A DNA stretch of 64,000 bases, taken from Malacoraja senta (Eukaryota). This document shows positions 36,858 through 49,399 of this stretch, piece by piece; the stretch's first letter is position 1; each line of letters opens with the position of its first letter. Position numbers and translations under genes: made by a program. The notes under the pieces were generated by a model that made no database searches, had not been told where the DNA came from, and saw only the letters and a list, made by a program, of their open reading frames with translations. The DNA is taken from assembly GCA_038087875.1 (NCBI GenBank), contig CM075994.1:9922001-9986000 (forward strand), in the 5' to 3' direction.

Positions 36858-37750
36858 CTGCTATGAGAATGCAGGGTGACTTGGACAGGTTGGGGGAGTG
36901 GGCAGATGCAGGGCAGATGCAGTTTAATGCGGATAAATGTGAGGTTATCCACTTTGGTAGCAAAAACAAGGAGGCAGATTACTATCTACATGGCGTCAAG
37001 TTGGGAAAACGGGAAGTACAACGGGATCTAGGGGTCCTTGTACAACAGTCTATGAAAGTAAGCATGCAGGTACAGCAGGCAGTGAAGAAAGCGAATGGCA
37101 TGTTGGCCTTTATCACAAGAGGAATCGAGTATAGGAGCAAAGAGGTCCTTCTGCAGTTGTACAGAGCCCTAGTGAGACCACACCTGGAGTACTGTGTGCA
37201 GTTTTGGTCCCCTAATTTGAGGAAGGACATTCTTGCTATTGAGGGAGTGCAGCGTAGGTTTACAAGGTTAATTCCCGGGATGGCGGGACTGTCATATGCT
37301 GAGAGAATGGAGCAGCTGGGCTTGTACACTCTGGAGTTTAGAAGGTTGAGAGGGGATCTCATTGGAAACATATAAGATTGTTAAGGGTTTGGACACGCTA
37401 GAGGCAGGAAACATGTTCCCGATGTTGGGGGAGTCCAGAACCAGGGACCACAGTTTAAGAATAAGATATAAGCCATTTAGATCTGAGACGAGGAAACACT
37501 TTTTCTCACAGAGAGTGGTGAGTCTGTGGAATTCTCTGCCTCAGAGGGAGGTGGAGGCCGATTCTCTGCATACTTTCAAGAGAGAGCTAGATGGGGCTCT
37601 TAAAGATAGCGGAGTCAGGGGATATGGGGAGAAGGCAGGAACGGGGTACTGATTGGGGATGATCAGCCATGATCACATTGAATGGCGGTACTGGCACTAA
37701 GGGCCGAGTGGCCTACTCCTTCGTCTGTTGTCTGTGGTCTATTGTCTATT
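36858..37750 (+). mobile_element. CR1 LINE RT 3' part
   Basis: ORFs 36815..37375 and 37362..37652. Confidence 0.92.
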
Positions 37751-37999
37751 GTATCTGAAACTGTTTCCGCAATGTATCTCTACATTGAACTAATCTGCCT
37801 TTTGACTCCAACTCTTCAACAAGTTTGTATGTTAATTGGCTTCTGTAAATTGTAAATTGTCCCGGGGGGGCGGCTTGATTCCTTCCGCTGCTGGACATGG
37901 GGGGCAGGGTGTGGTGGAGACGCCCCACAAAATAAGGGAAGGGGGCCACATGAGTGGCAAGGGTGCGGGATAAATTAGTGCAATGTGTGTAAACAGTAT

Positions 38000-38755
38000 T
38001 AGAAACATAGAAAATAGGTGCTGGTGGAGGCCTTTCGGCCCTTCGAGCCAGCACCGCCATTCATTGTGATCATGGCTGATCGTCCCCAATCAATAACCCG
38101 TGCCTGCCTTCTCCCCATATCCCTTGATTCTACTAGCCCCTAGAGCTCTATCTAACTCTCTCTTAAATCCATCCAGTGATTTGGCCTCTACTGCCCTCTG
38201 TGGCAGGGAATTCCACAATTTCACAACTCTCTGGGTGAAAACGTTTTTTCAGACCTCAGTCTTAAATGGCCTCCCTTTTATTCTAAGACTGTGTGGCCCC
38301 TGGTTCTGGACTCGCCCAACGTGTTTCCTGCATCTAGCTTGTCCAGTCCTTTTATAATTTTATATGTTTCTATAAGACCACCCCCCCCCCCTCCCACTCA
38401 TCCTTCTACACTCCAGTGGAATACAAACCAAATCTTTTCAATCTTTCATCATATGACAGTCCCGCCATCCCAGGGATGAATTTCGGGAACCTACGCTGCA
38501 CTGCCTCAATCACAAGGATGTCCATCCTCAAATGAGGAGACCAAAACTGTACACAATACTCCTGGTGTGGTCTCGCCAGAGCCCTATACAACTGCAGAAG
38601 TACCTATTAACTCCTATACTGAAATCCTCTAGTTATGAAGGCCAACGTTCCATTAGCTTTCTTCACTGCCTGCTGTACCTGCACGCCAACTTTCAGTGAC
38701 CGGTGTACAAGGACACCCAGGTCTCGCTGCACCTCCCCCTTACCTAACCTAACCT
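38000..38755 (-). mobile_element. CR1 LINE 3' fragment
   Basis: [17 protein letters not shown] and CR1 3' UTR. Confidence 0.88.
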
Positions 38756-39224
38756 GATCATTGAATGTATAGCCTCCGAGAATGTAGGATGAATTATTAT
38801 TTTTTGCACAGTTCCTGTGTCCTATATATTGATTACTTGAATAAAGTCTTTTTTTTTTTTTTTTTTTAAAGTAACGCTATCTCCGCAGATCTCTGTTAAC
38901 AAGGGACGACACGACAGGCTGGGTGAAGAAGATTTGAACGATACCCTTGAATATCTAACTGACAACATCCAGGTCGATCGCTCCCCTGTCTCCGAATCCA
39001 ACCCGTGAATCTCTGTCGGTGAATCCCGTATCAGCGGAAGAATCCTTCGCCAATTTGTCGTCACTTCTTTTTGGTAAATTAATTAAAAAATGAGCTGGTG
39101 AAAATCTCTCTCATTTGGTTTGGAGGCTTGAATTTCCCAGATCTGAAACCGGTTTTTTCCACCATCAGGAGGCCAGTTAAAGCTGGGGGTATCGTGATGG
39201 TACTATGGTAGTAGACGTTTATAC

Positions 39225-39580
39225 ATCGACGAGACCAAACGTAGACTGGGCGATCGCTTCGCCCAGCACCTCCACTCGGTTCGCATTAACCAACCTGATC
39301 TCCTGGTGTCTCAGCACTTCAATTCCCCCTCCCATTCTGAATCCGACCTTTCTGTCCTGGGCCTCCTCCATGACCAGAGTGAGTCCCACCCCAAATTGGA
39401 GGAGCAGCACCTCATATTTCGCTTGGGCAGTTTACACCCCAGCGGTATGAGCATTGACTTCTCCAATTTCAGGTAGTCCTTGCTTTCTCCTTCTTTCCCC
39501 TTCCCAGCTCTCCCACAGCCCACTGTCTCCACCTCTTCCTTTCTTCTTCCCGTCGCCCCCCCTCCCCCATCAGTCTGACC
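39225..39580 (+). mobile_element. Penelope-like fragment
   Basis: Same GIY-YIG remnant as at 6490-6850. Confidence 0.8.
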
Positions 39581-39584
39581 CAAA

Positions 39585-40190
39585 ACGACAATAGACAATA
39601 GGTGCAGGAGTAGGCCATTCGACCCTTCGAGTCAGCACCACCATTCAATGTGGTCATGGCTGATCACCCACAATCAGTACCCCGTTCCTGCCTTCTCCCC
39701 ATATCCCCTGACCTCACTATCATTAAGAGCCCTATCTAGCTCTCTCTTGAAAGTATCCAAAGAACCGGCCTCCACCACCCCCTGAGGCAGAGAATTCCAC
39801 AGACTCGCAACTCTCTGTGTGAAAAAGTGTTTCCTCGTCTCCACTCTAAATGGCTTACCCCTTATTCTTAAACTGTGTGGCCCCTGGTTCTGGACTCCCC
39901 CAACATCGGGAACACGCGTGCCCAAACCCTTAATAATCTTATATGTTTCAATAAGATCTAAACTCCAGAGTGTACAAGCCCAGCCGTTCCATTCTCTCGG
40001 CATATGACAGTCCCGCCGTCGCAGGGATTAACCTGGTGAACCTACCCTGCAGTCCCTCAATAGCAAGAATGTCCTTCCTCAAATTAGGGGACCAAAACTG
40101 CACACAATACTCCAGGTGTGGTCTCACTAGGGTCCTGTACAACTGCAGAAGGACCTCTTTGCTCCTATACTCGACTCCTCTTGTTATTCT
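39585..40190 (-). mobile_element. CR1 LINE 3' fragment
   Basis: ORFs 39674..40003 and 39948..40142. Confidence 0.88.
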
Positions 40191-41129
40191 TGCTTCAAAG
40201 TCGTCTTGTTGAGTCTCATTGTCTGTAACTGGTTTTCACCGAGCCCGCAGCAAAAACGGCCTGTTTCCTTCATCATCCTCACTTTTCCCCGGGAGAAGGC
40301 AGGCACGGGTTATTGATTGGGGACGATCAGCCATGATCACAATGAAGGGTGGTTCTGGCTCGAAGGGCCGAATGGCCTCCTCCTGCACCTATTTTCTATG
40401 TTTCTATGAGGTCGTAGGTAGGCCGTGACGCAAGTCGTAAGTCAAGTCAAGTCACATTTGTTTATATAGCACAATTAAAAAACAACTCTCGTTGGCCAAA
40501 GTGCTTTACATTTGTTATAAGAATAGTATAAACAAACAAACTACATAGATATTTACATATAGGCCTCGCTCGTGGCATCGAGTAGGTGACGCCGTTTTTT
40601 CTAGCCTGATGATAAATGTCCGCGAGTAAAAAAGGTCGTGGATTCGGTCGTGAAAGCGGGACAGGCCCTAGTCGTTTAATCGACCCTCTCTGTGGAAATT
40701 GTCCCCCATGGTTTTCGGGAGTGGATGAGAAAGTGGGATCACATAGAACGAGTGAGAACGGAGAGGGAGGGGGGGGGGTGCGATCGCTGGTCTGCGCAGA
40801 CTCGATGGGTCGAAGGGCCTGTGTCCGCGCTGTATCTCTCGACCAAACTAAAGGCTGGCTGATTAATAGGATTTATCTTCAAACGGGGAACGAGCAACGA
40901 CTAAGAAAAAGTGCGAAGGCTCTGCCGGTGGGTGGGGGTGGGGCTAGTACGGGCAAGGTGGGGCCGAAGGGCCTCTTTCTGAGCTGCCTCATTGCGATTT
41001 TCGTTCTGATTTATTAATCGACTGGGTGCGGTCTTACTGAGCAACAACACAATTTATTGCCCAACCTTATTGGCCACTAAAGTGAGGAAGAAATCTTCAA
41101 CCCCCCCCCCGGTCATAAGATCATAAGAG

Positions 41130-41770
41130 ATAGACAATAGGTGCAGGAGTAGACCATTCAGCCCTTCGAACCAGCACCGCCATTCAATGTGATCATGGCT
41201 GATCATCCCCAATCAGTACCCCGTTCCTGCCTTCTCCCCATATCCCCTTACTCCGCAATCTTTAGGAGCCCTATCCAGCTCTCTCTTGAAAGTATCCAGA
41301 GAACCGGCCTCCACCACCCTCTGAGTCAGAGAATTCCACAGACTCACAACTCCCTGTGTGAAAAAGTGTTTCCTCGTCTCCGTTTGAAATGGCTTATTCC
41401 CTTATTCTTAAACTGTGGCCCCTGGTTCTGGACTCCCCCAACGTCGGGAACATGTTTCCTACCTCTTGCCGTGTCCACACCCTTAATAATCTTATGTGTT
41501 TCAATAAGATATCCTCTCATCCTTCTAAACTCCAGAGTGTACAAGCCCAGCCGCTCCATTCTCTCAGCAAACGTCAGTCCCGCCATCCCGGGAATTAACC
41601 TGGTGAACCTACACCATTTTACTACCCACAGGGCCCTAGTGGAATCAAGGAATATGGGGAGAAGGCAGGAATGGGGTACTGATAGGGGATGATCCGCCAT
41701 GATCACATTGAATGGCAGTGCTGGCTTGAAGGGCTGAATGGCCTATTCCTGCACCTATTGTCTATTGTGA
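41130..41770. mobile_element. Two CR1 3' fragments in opposite orientation
   Basis: Minus-strand copy 41130-41612; plus-strand copy 41630-41770. Confidence 0.85.
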
Positions 41771-42019
41771 CTATAAACTCAACTAAACCAGGCCAGAGCA
41801 ACAAGTCAAACACAATCACATCAACCAGCCAACAGTTTACAATAGACAATAGTGGCAGGCAGCAGTGTAGGGAGAGAGATCCAAGTACACAGCCCCCTGT
41901 ATCAAGCATCGCAGGGAGATAGGGCGGGGGGGAAGGGGGAGGAGGGAAGTGACGGGGGGAGAGAGAGAGAGAAGAGAGAGGCATTTTATTTTTGCATGTA
42001 AAAACCCACTTGAGAACCA

Positions 42020-42448
42020 TGGGCGATTTTAAAATTTTACAGCCAGATTTATCACTTCTGAAACTTTTTTGATGCCAAAGGAATCAAGAAAAAACACAAA
42101 TAATGCCTTACTGGTGATGAAATGCAGTGAGCAAACGCGATAATTCCCAATATTTTCAATCTCGATATCTGCAAGGCCAATGTTCGCCAAGCACTTTGCC
42201 TGTTGTCCCTTCAGCTCTCGCTTCCATCTACCGTCATTTCTCCTCACTTTCGGAATTCTGAAGTAGGATAAATGTCTCTCACGATTATCCCGATTTCCAT
42301 AATTATTTACAGCGCAAAAATTGACCATTTCGGCGGGTTTGGAAACAATGTTCAGTGCTTACATGCAGTTCATCGCGTGTACTCCAGTTGGCGTAGCGTA
42401 GCAACAGTGCGGGTCATGGGTCGTGACCCGACTGCCGTGCAACCTCCC
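42020..42448 (-). mobile_element. 5' end of a THAP-domain DNA transposon (PIF/Harbinger-ISL2EU-like), degraded
   Basis: MVNFCAV...SYFRIPK...YRVCSLHF THAP signature followed by a gtaagg donor. Terminus GGGAGGTTGCACGGCAG is shared with 60640-60730. Confidence 0.65.
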
Positions 42449-42451
42449 TAT

Positions 42452-42627
42452 ACGTGTGTGTGTGTGTGTGTGTGTGTCTGTGTGTGTGTGTTTGTGTGAG
42501 TCTTTGTGTGTGTGTATATGTGTGTGTGAGAGTCTGAGTGTGAGTCTGTGTGCGAGTCTGTGTGTGTGACTGAGAGTCAGTCTGTGTGACAGTCTGTGTT
42601 TGAGGGTCTGTGTGTGTGTGTGAGTGA

Positions 42628-42658
<31 letters not shown>

Positions 42659-42890
42659 AGTCTGTGTGTGAGAGTGTGTGTGTGTGTGTGAGTCTGTGTA
42701 TATATGTGTGTGAGTCTGTGTGTGTGTGAGTCTGTGTCTGTGTATGTGTGTGAGAGTCTGTGTCTGTGTTTGTGTGAGAGTGTGTGTGTGTGAGAGAGTC
42801 TGTGTGTGTGTGTGAGTGTCTGTGTGAGAGTCTGTGTGTGTGTGTGAGAGTATGTGTGTGTGTCTGTGTGAGGTGGAGGGTTTGTGTGTG
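42452..42890. repeat. (TG)n/(TGAG)n microsatellite
   Basis: Direct inspection. Confidence 0.9.
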
Positions 42891-43139
42891 ATCAACAAAT
42901 AACAAGTATTACAAATAATATAGTTGTTCATAGTTCAGAGCTTATTTGTTGTTTAATACCCTTATGGCTGTCAGGAAGAAGCTGTTCCTCAATGTGGATG
43001 TTACAGTTTTCAGTTGACAAAAGTCGGACGTGATTCCAGAAGTCGGGCATAATCAGACAGTCCACAAGCCGTGATTCAGTCGTCAGTCCAGAGACCATGA
43101 GTTAGTCCCAAGAGTCATTCACATTTTAAACTTTAATAA

Positions 43140-43864
43140 ATCCTTTTTCCATTTTTCATGCCTGCGTGTTCTTCGTCACAATCGGAACCTAATGGCAGGA
43201 ATGGATGCTCTGTGGGAGAGCCACTAAGAGTGCATGGGGGGAAGTTGTGGGGAGATAGACTGAATGCGTGGGGGGGAGGGGAATGGCAAGGAGCAGAGTG
43301 GGGGGGTGAAGGGAGCAGGGGTGACTGAGTGAACTGCCAGCCCACCAGCCGTGAGTGACTGCACTGCCAGCCCACGAGCCGCGAGTAAGTGAACTGCCAG
43401 CCCACCAGCTGCAAGTGACTGAACTGCCCGCCCACCAGCCATGAGTGACTGAACTGCCAGCCCACCAGCCGTGAGTGACTGCACTGCCAGCCCAATAATC
43501 CATTCAGTCCACCCTCTCCCCCTTCTCTCGCACAGAGTCTGTCACCTGTTTTGGGCAGAATTTCTGGCAGTTTCTCAGCTGCCAGCCTGCCAGGTCTGAG
43601 TGACTGTACTGCCAGGCCTCAGTGACTGCGCTGCCTGCCCTCAGTGACTGAGCTGCCAGCCCAAGAATGCATTCGGCCCACAATGTCTATACTACCCCTC
43701 TGGAAACCAGACCCTTCGGTCCACAACACCCATACTAGCACAACAGAAAGCCACTGCCATCCCACTGGCCAGCAATATTGGAATTGGTGGAGAGGTGGAA
43801 TATTGCGTTGGGTGACCAGCCCTCCCGTGTGATGCTGGGACCCAACGGATCCCACTTAGTCTAG
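43140..43864 (+). mobile_element. Helitron-like non-autonomous element with internal 30-bp tandem repeats
   Basis: 3' hairpin tgggaccc-aac-ggatccca (43836-43854), then CTAG|T at 43861-43865. About 6 copies of gtgactgaactgccagcccaccagcc at 43320-43495. The 5' boundary is a guess. Confidence 0.55.
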
Positions 43865-43869
43865 TTAGG

Positions 43870-44050
43870 GATATTTTTTACATTTACCAAGCCAATTTTT
43901 TACATTTACCAAGCCTTGGAGTGTGGGAGGAAACCGAAGATTTCCGAGAACATTCAACCTCCGTACAGACAGCACCCGTAGTCAGGATCGAACCCGAGTC
44001 TCGGGCGCTGCATTCGCTGTAAGGCAGCAACTCTACCGCTACGCCACCGT
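43870..44050 (-). mobile_element. V-SINE/HE1-like SINE abutting the TRIM promoter
   Basis: Head acggtggcgtagcggtagagttgctgcc...gggttcgatcctg on the minus strand. Confidence 0.8.
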
Positions 44051-44052
44051 GA

Positions 44053-44120
44053 CGGTCACGTGACCGCCCATATTCAGCAGCTGCAAGTCAGTGAAAACAC
44101 TTTGAACCAGGAAGTGGCGG
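44053..44120 (+). promoter_or_regulatory. Putative TRIM proximal promoter: GTCACGTGAC E-box palindrome and ETS site
   Basis: cggtcacgtgaccg at 44053-44066; ccaggaagtg at 44108-44117; ATG at 44129. Confidence 0.5.
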
Positions 44121-44128
44121 ATTTAAAA

Positions 44129-47100
44129 ATGGCTTTGAAACAGCAGGTCGAGAGTTTAACCGAGGAGGTAGTTTGTCCCATCTGCCTGGATTTCTTCACC
44201 GATCCGGTGACACTGGAGTGTGGGCACAACTTCTGCCGCTCCTGCATCATACAGAGTTGGGACAGGGAGGGGAGAAACTCCTGCCCGGAATGTAGAGAGG
44301 AGTTTGCAGATCGCATCCTCAGGGTGAATCGGGCCCTGGTTAGACTGTCTGAGAAAGCTCGAGCACTGAGCCTGAATCTCAAAGAGAAGGAAAGTAAACT
44401 TCACTGCGAGAAACATCAGGAAGAACTGAAGCTGTTTTGTGAAACGGACAAGAAAATGATCTGTTTGATTTGTGCAGCTGGGCGGGAACACAAGTCTCAC
44501 AGCTTCATGCCGGTAGATGAAGCTGTTGAATTCTACAAGGTAAAACAAAATGAACTTTGATCACATCATTGTGTAATCTTTTCTTTATTATCTGACATAC
44601 TTATTCTCTGATCTGAAACCCAACCCCAGATACAGGTGAAATCTTCTTTCAACTCTCTCACAGAAAAGAAATCAGAGATCGAGCAAATGGAGCAGAAACA
44701 GAAAGAGAGCATTTCTGGAGTTCAGGTGAGGCTATCGATTTAATTATTTTGTGTAGATTTTATCCCTGTGACGCGTGTAATAATGGGCACCTCTATAGAG
44801 CTCAGTCGTCGAGGACACGAGATCTTGGGAGCGGCTGGGCAGCCAAGGACTTTACTCCCTGGAGCGCAGCAGTCTGAAGAATGATCTATTGCAAGTGCAT
44901 AATATCACGAAATGTTAGGGTGAATACTCAGTCTTCTAACCTGAATAGGGCGTCGAGCATGCGAGGGCCTAGGTTTAAGGTAAGAGGGTACAGATTTAAT
45001 ACGAACATTAAGGGCAACTTTGTTAGTGGGTATATGGAATGAGCTACCAGTGGGAGGTAGTTGATTCAGGTACCATAACAATATTTAAAAGATATTTGAA
45101 CAAATTCGTGGAGAGAAAATTTTAGCACCAGGTGGGCCAAATGCGGACAGGTGGAAATAGCGCAGATGGGACGTCTTGGTCGGTATCTAGCACCCCTTGC
45201 TGTATGACTCTATGAAGTCTGTCATTCTAAGTGGTGCTGCTGTCTGCTAGTTCTGGTGACCTGGTTCTGTCCAGTGAGAATTAACGGACACATGAAATGG
45301 AATAGGTTGCAGGGAATTGTACTGGGGAAATGGGAATGATGTGCTTGTACATTACTTTCACCAAATATTTCAGAATTATTAACACGAGCTCTTGAATATC
45401 CAAGGTAATGAAAGCTATGGATTAAATACAGGTAAATGGAATTAGTGCAGATACGTATAGAGCCCAGCATGGGCATGCTGATCCGAAGGGCCTATTTCTG
45501 CACTTCAAGACTCGAGATTTAGTTGCCAAATGTTATCATCCATGTTATGAGAAAACACAGCAGATTGACATAATATATTGATTTTAATCTTTCATCTGAC
45601 AGGAAGCGTCACGCAACCTTCAGTCACAGACCACATCCCAGTTTGCTGAACTGCACCAGATTCTCACTGAGAAAGAGCAGCGCGCACTCGGAGATATCCG
45701 GGAAGATGAGGCAAAGATTGTAAAAACAATGGAGAAAAATCTTCACCAGATTCAAAAGAATTTAAATTCCATTCAGGAGGAACTCTCAAAGTTACAGGAA
45801 CAGATAGACTACAAGGACGGCATGATATTTCTGAAGGTGAGGGGTTACTCTACAGTTCGGTGAAGTGAAAGTGCACAGTCACAAAATGGTGGGTTAAATT
45901 TCTGAAATAAATGCTGCATTTACCAGTAATTCAGTACTGGGTCAATGTTCCATCTGTTCCATCTACTCACCACATCCGACAATAATGGCCGAAATTCCAG
46001 GAATCCTCATGCATTTATCCCACTTCAACTTAAATTTATCTGCAATATTGTCTTCAGGCCAACCTGTGAGTTCCACGTTCTGTTTACTGCATTTCTTGTG
46101 AAAGTTATTAAAGGCCATCTTATATTTCAGCTTTGATTTTAGGTCTCCCCACAAGTAGTGATAATATTTCCAACCCCCACCCATTTAAATCCGCCGCTGA
46201 TCTTAAAATATTCCATCCCATTATCTCTGACATCTTCTCCAGATAAAATCCCACGACCTGCCCGGTCTTACTCGTAAGTTGCATACTCGCAGTTATTTTC
46301 ATCGACATTCCTAATGCTTTCTTCCGTGTTCGATGTCTCTACGACAATATCCACTTTCTATCTGTGTGACAGCGGCAAAGAGTTGGGAAATGGGAATTAT
46401 CAGAGGTTTTTTTTGTAGCAATTTGGTGAAGTACCCGCTGTCGGGATCATGACGATCCATCTCAGTCTATTGAGATTTGTGTTTTATTTATTTCAGGAGG
46501 AAGCTGGTCGCAAGAGGAGGTAGGACATGCTTTTGACTGAAACAATGTATGTTTTTATAGTACAGCTCTGAAAAACAGCTAATACTCAGTTTCTAACCAG
46601 CTGTTAAATATTTGCAGGGTTAGTGATGAATCCAAATCAATGTTGGTGGTAGATGGCGCGATGCCCATTGAAAAGTATGATCGCACCTTTTTCTACAACA
46701 TGGCATTGAGAGAAACATCTGATCTCATCAACCAAGGTAAAACTAATACCTTTCCCATTGTTCTTTTTTAAGACATCTTTATGCAATACTTATATGTGAA
46801 GATTAATTGTATTAATGAACCCTGGGGGAAGCATCACAGAGACAGAGAGCAAAGTTTGTTTGCACTTGAACAAATCCTTGTTCCTGGGAGAATGGGTTTG
46901 CTGTGCTGGGTGAAATTGTGTAGACTAGGCCTGTGTAGTCGAGAGTTCAGGTGTATTAGAGGAGATCTCAGTGAAACACAAAGTCCTTACAGGGCTCAGT
47001 GGGCTGGATGCAGGGAGGATGTTTCCCCTGTCTGAGTGGTCTGGAGTCAGCAGAAACCCTCTCAGAATGTGAGCTGGACCATTTAGGACAGAGACAAGGA

Positions 47101-48854
47101 GACATTACTGCACGCAGAGACTGGGCAACCTTTGGAATTCCCTGCACCGGTGGCTGTGGATAATCAGTCATTCAGCGCTCTTGGGGCCAGAGAGCCATGG
47201 TTATACATTACAGTCAGGCCCTTCGGCCCATCGCGTCCATGTTCACCTTTTTTCCCAGCCACACAAAACCCATTTTCCCACATTAGAACCGTATTATTCT
47301 ACACCTCATTTGCTAAATCGCAATGCCTCTTAAATGTAGTGATTACATCTGATTCCACCACCTCCCCTGGCATAATATTCCAGGTATAACAGCCCTTTGT
47401 GTGAAGAAAACTGCGTCCTCCAGTATTGATATCGCTGCATGACAATAAGGTTTTGATGATCCAGCCTATATCCTGCTGCAGACTTTGACAGACTACCTTG
47501 GTATCCACAACATTACCCGTTCTCCACCAACTTAGTAGTCACACCTCCTACATTCACATCCAAGCCATGAAAACATAAAATAAACAGCAAAGGTTGCAGC
47601 ACCGATCCCTGCTGCACACCACCAGTCACAGACCTCCAGGCAGCAAAATCATCCTTCTAGCCCTACCTTCTACCTCCAACCACCAAGCCAATTGTAGGTC
47701 AATTTTACCGACTCATCTTGGATCCCACCTGCCTTCGCTTTCTGGATCAGCCTGACATGCAAAACATTGTCAAGTCACTCAGTGAAGTTCATATATTGCT
47801 TCACAATGAGATCAGAGTGTTCTTGGGGTTGTACCGACGCATCAAACCCACCCTCCACTATAGAAAGTAAGTAAACAGTAGCAGATTGCCTCGCCCGTCC
47901 AGTACACTCCCGTTCAGTATGATCACGGCAACTCCACCCCACATCTCTACATCCTCTGTAACCACCTCTAGTTACCACTCACATCCATCTCCTCATCTTC
48001 CAATCTGCCTCTCCCTCGCCATCTACTGGCGAGATATTTAAATACCCCCCCTTATTTCTCCATCTCCACCCGCAATGTCTCGTTCCTCCTCACTTTGCGC
48101 ATTCGTTTTCCCCGACCGCACGCTCCCGCCCCCTCCCGTTCCCGATAACCCGCAGAATTCCCCCTCTCCTGCCCGGTTTACAAACTCCCGGAAAGATGCC
48201 TGTTGTCCATTCGATGTGGTTGGGGTGAAACCCCGGGTAAGGTGTCAGTTGTCCGCCCGCCTGTGCCCGAGTCTCCCCCCGACCCCCGGGGACTGACTCT
48301 GTGATTCTCTGCTTCTCCCCCCAGTCTCCGTCACCCTGGATGTGGAAACAGCGCATGCGCAGCTCGAGGTGTCTGAGGATCGGAAGAGGGTGAGATGGAC
48401 CGGGACCGAGAGGAGTCTCCCTGACACCGGGAAGAGGTTTACAGTGTATGCGTGTGTGCTGGGATCGGAGGGATTCACATCGGGGAGACATTACTGGGAG
48501 GTGGAGGTGGCGGGGAGTGAGGACTGGAGTCTGGGAGTCGCCGCAGAGTCTGTGGAGAGGAATGGAGAGGACGACCTGACCCCGGAGACTCGAGTCTGGA
48601 GCATCGGGCGGGTGGGTGACTGGTTTGTTGCAGTAACCTCCCCTTCATCCCCTCTCCCCGCCCGTCCCATCCCCGGGAGGGTGGGAGTTTATCTCAGTTA
48701 CGAGTCCGGGACAGTTTCATTTTACGACGCGGACACCAAGTCCCATCTCCACACCTTCACTGGGAATAAATTCACGGAGAAACTTTATCCTTTCTTCGAG
48801 CCTTGGGATGAAAACTGGCTGAGAATCTGCTCCGGTTCCGCTCCGGGTGTGTAA
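44129..48854 (+). CDS. Tripartite-motif E3 ligase, RING-Bbox2-coiled coil-PRY/SPRY (B30.2), TRIM39/TRIM27/nuclear factor 7-like, 470 aa; exons 44129-44539, 44630-44725, 45603-45836, 46497-46519, 46618-46736, 48325-48854
   Basis: C3HC4 RING ([21 protein letters not shown]...CPEC), B-box ([12 protein letters not shown]...CLIC...H..H), B30.2 ([32 protein letters not shown]). All introns are GT-AG with consistent phases. Exon sizes 96/234/23 are typical of class IV TRIMs. Total 1413 nt, no internal stop. Confidence 0.93.
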
Positions 48855-48997
48855 AAGGGTCGGGTCCCGGGACCGGCGTCAGGAGCGGGGCTCAGGGGCT
48901 GTGGGGCAGAAACCCGGTGGACAACAGGTCGGCGCTGAACGAACGGCTCCCATTAAATCCCCAAATTCCGCGTCGTAAAAACCCCAGTGAGCGCGGA

Positions 48998-49040
48998 AAT
49001 AAAACCAGGGGGAATGTAAATGTGGGAAGAGTGAAATAAA
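48998..49040 (+). terminator. Polyadenylation signals of the TRIM gene
   Basis: AATAAA at 48998-49003 and 49035-49040, 150-190 nt after the stop codon. Confidence 0.6.
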
Positions 49041-49399
49041 AAGCAACTGAAATCAGAGCTGTCCGTCGATCCGTTCATTTTAACGCGTTAACCGCGTCCG
49101 CCAACGGAACAGAAATTACTTTTGTGAAAATATAAAGATTGAAACAATCTCCCTTCCCGCGGGTTCAGCAGCAGCCGCGGGCGGCGGGTCCTGAGTTCCG
49201 GGCTCCCCCGGGTCCTAAAGTCCGCCGATTCTAACCATTTATAGCGCGTTTGCAGCATTTGCTCTCCACACAACAGATTTGTTTTCCTCGGAACGGATCT
49301 TTGGAAGAATGGGTTCAAACCGAATTCACGGTTCCAGGTGGGAGCCCGTTGTGCTCAGGCTCTGCCTGTCTCTCTGTAGGATACTGTTTTGTATTTGGT

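Noticed and set aside
44060..44128. N-terminal extension of the TRIM ORF from GTG 44060
   Set aside because: Non-ATG start; ATG 44129 has good Kozak context and the typical distance to the RING.
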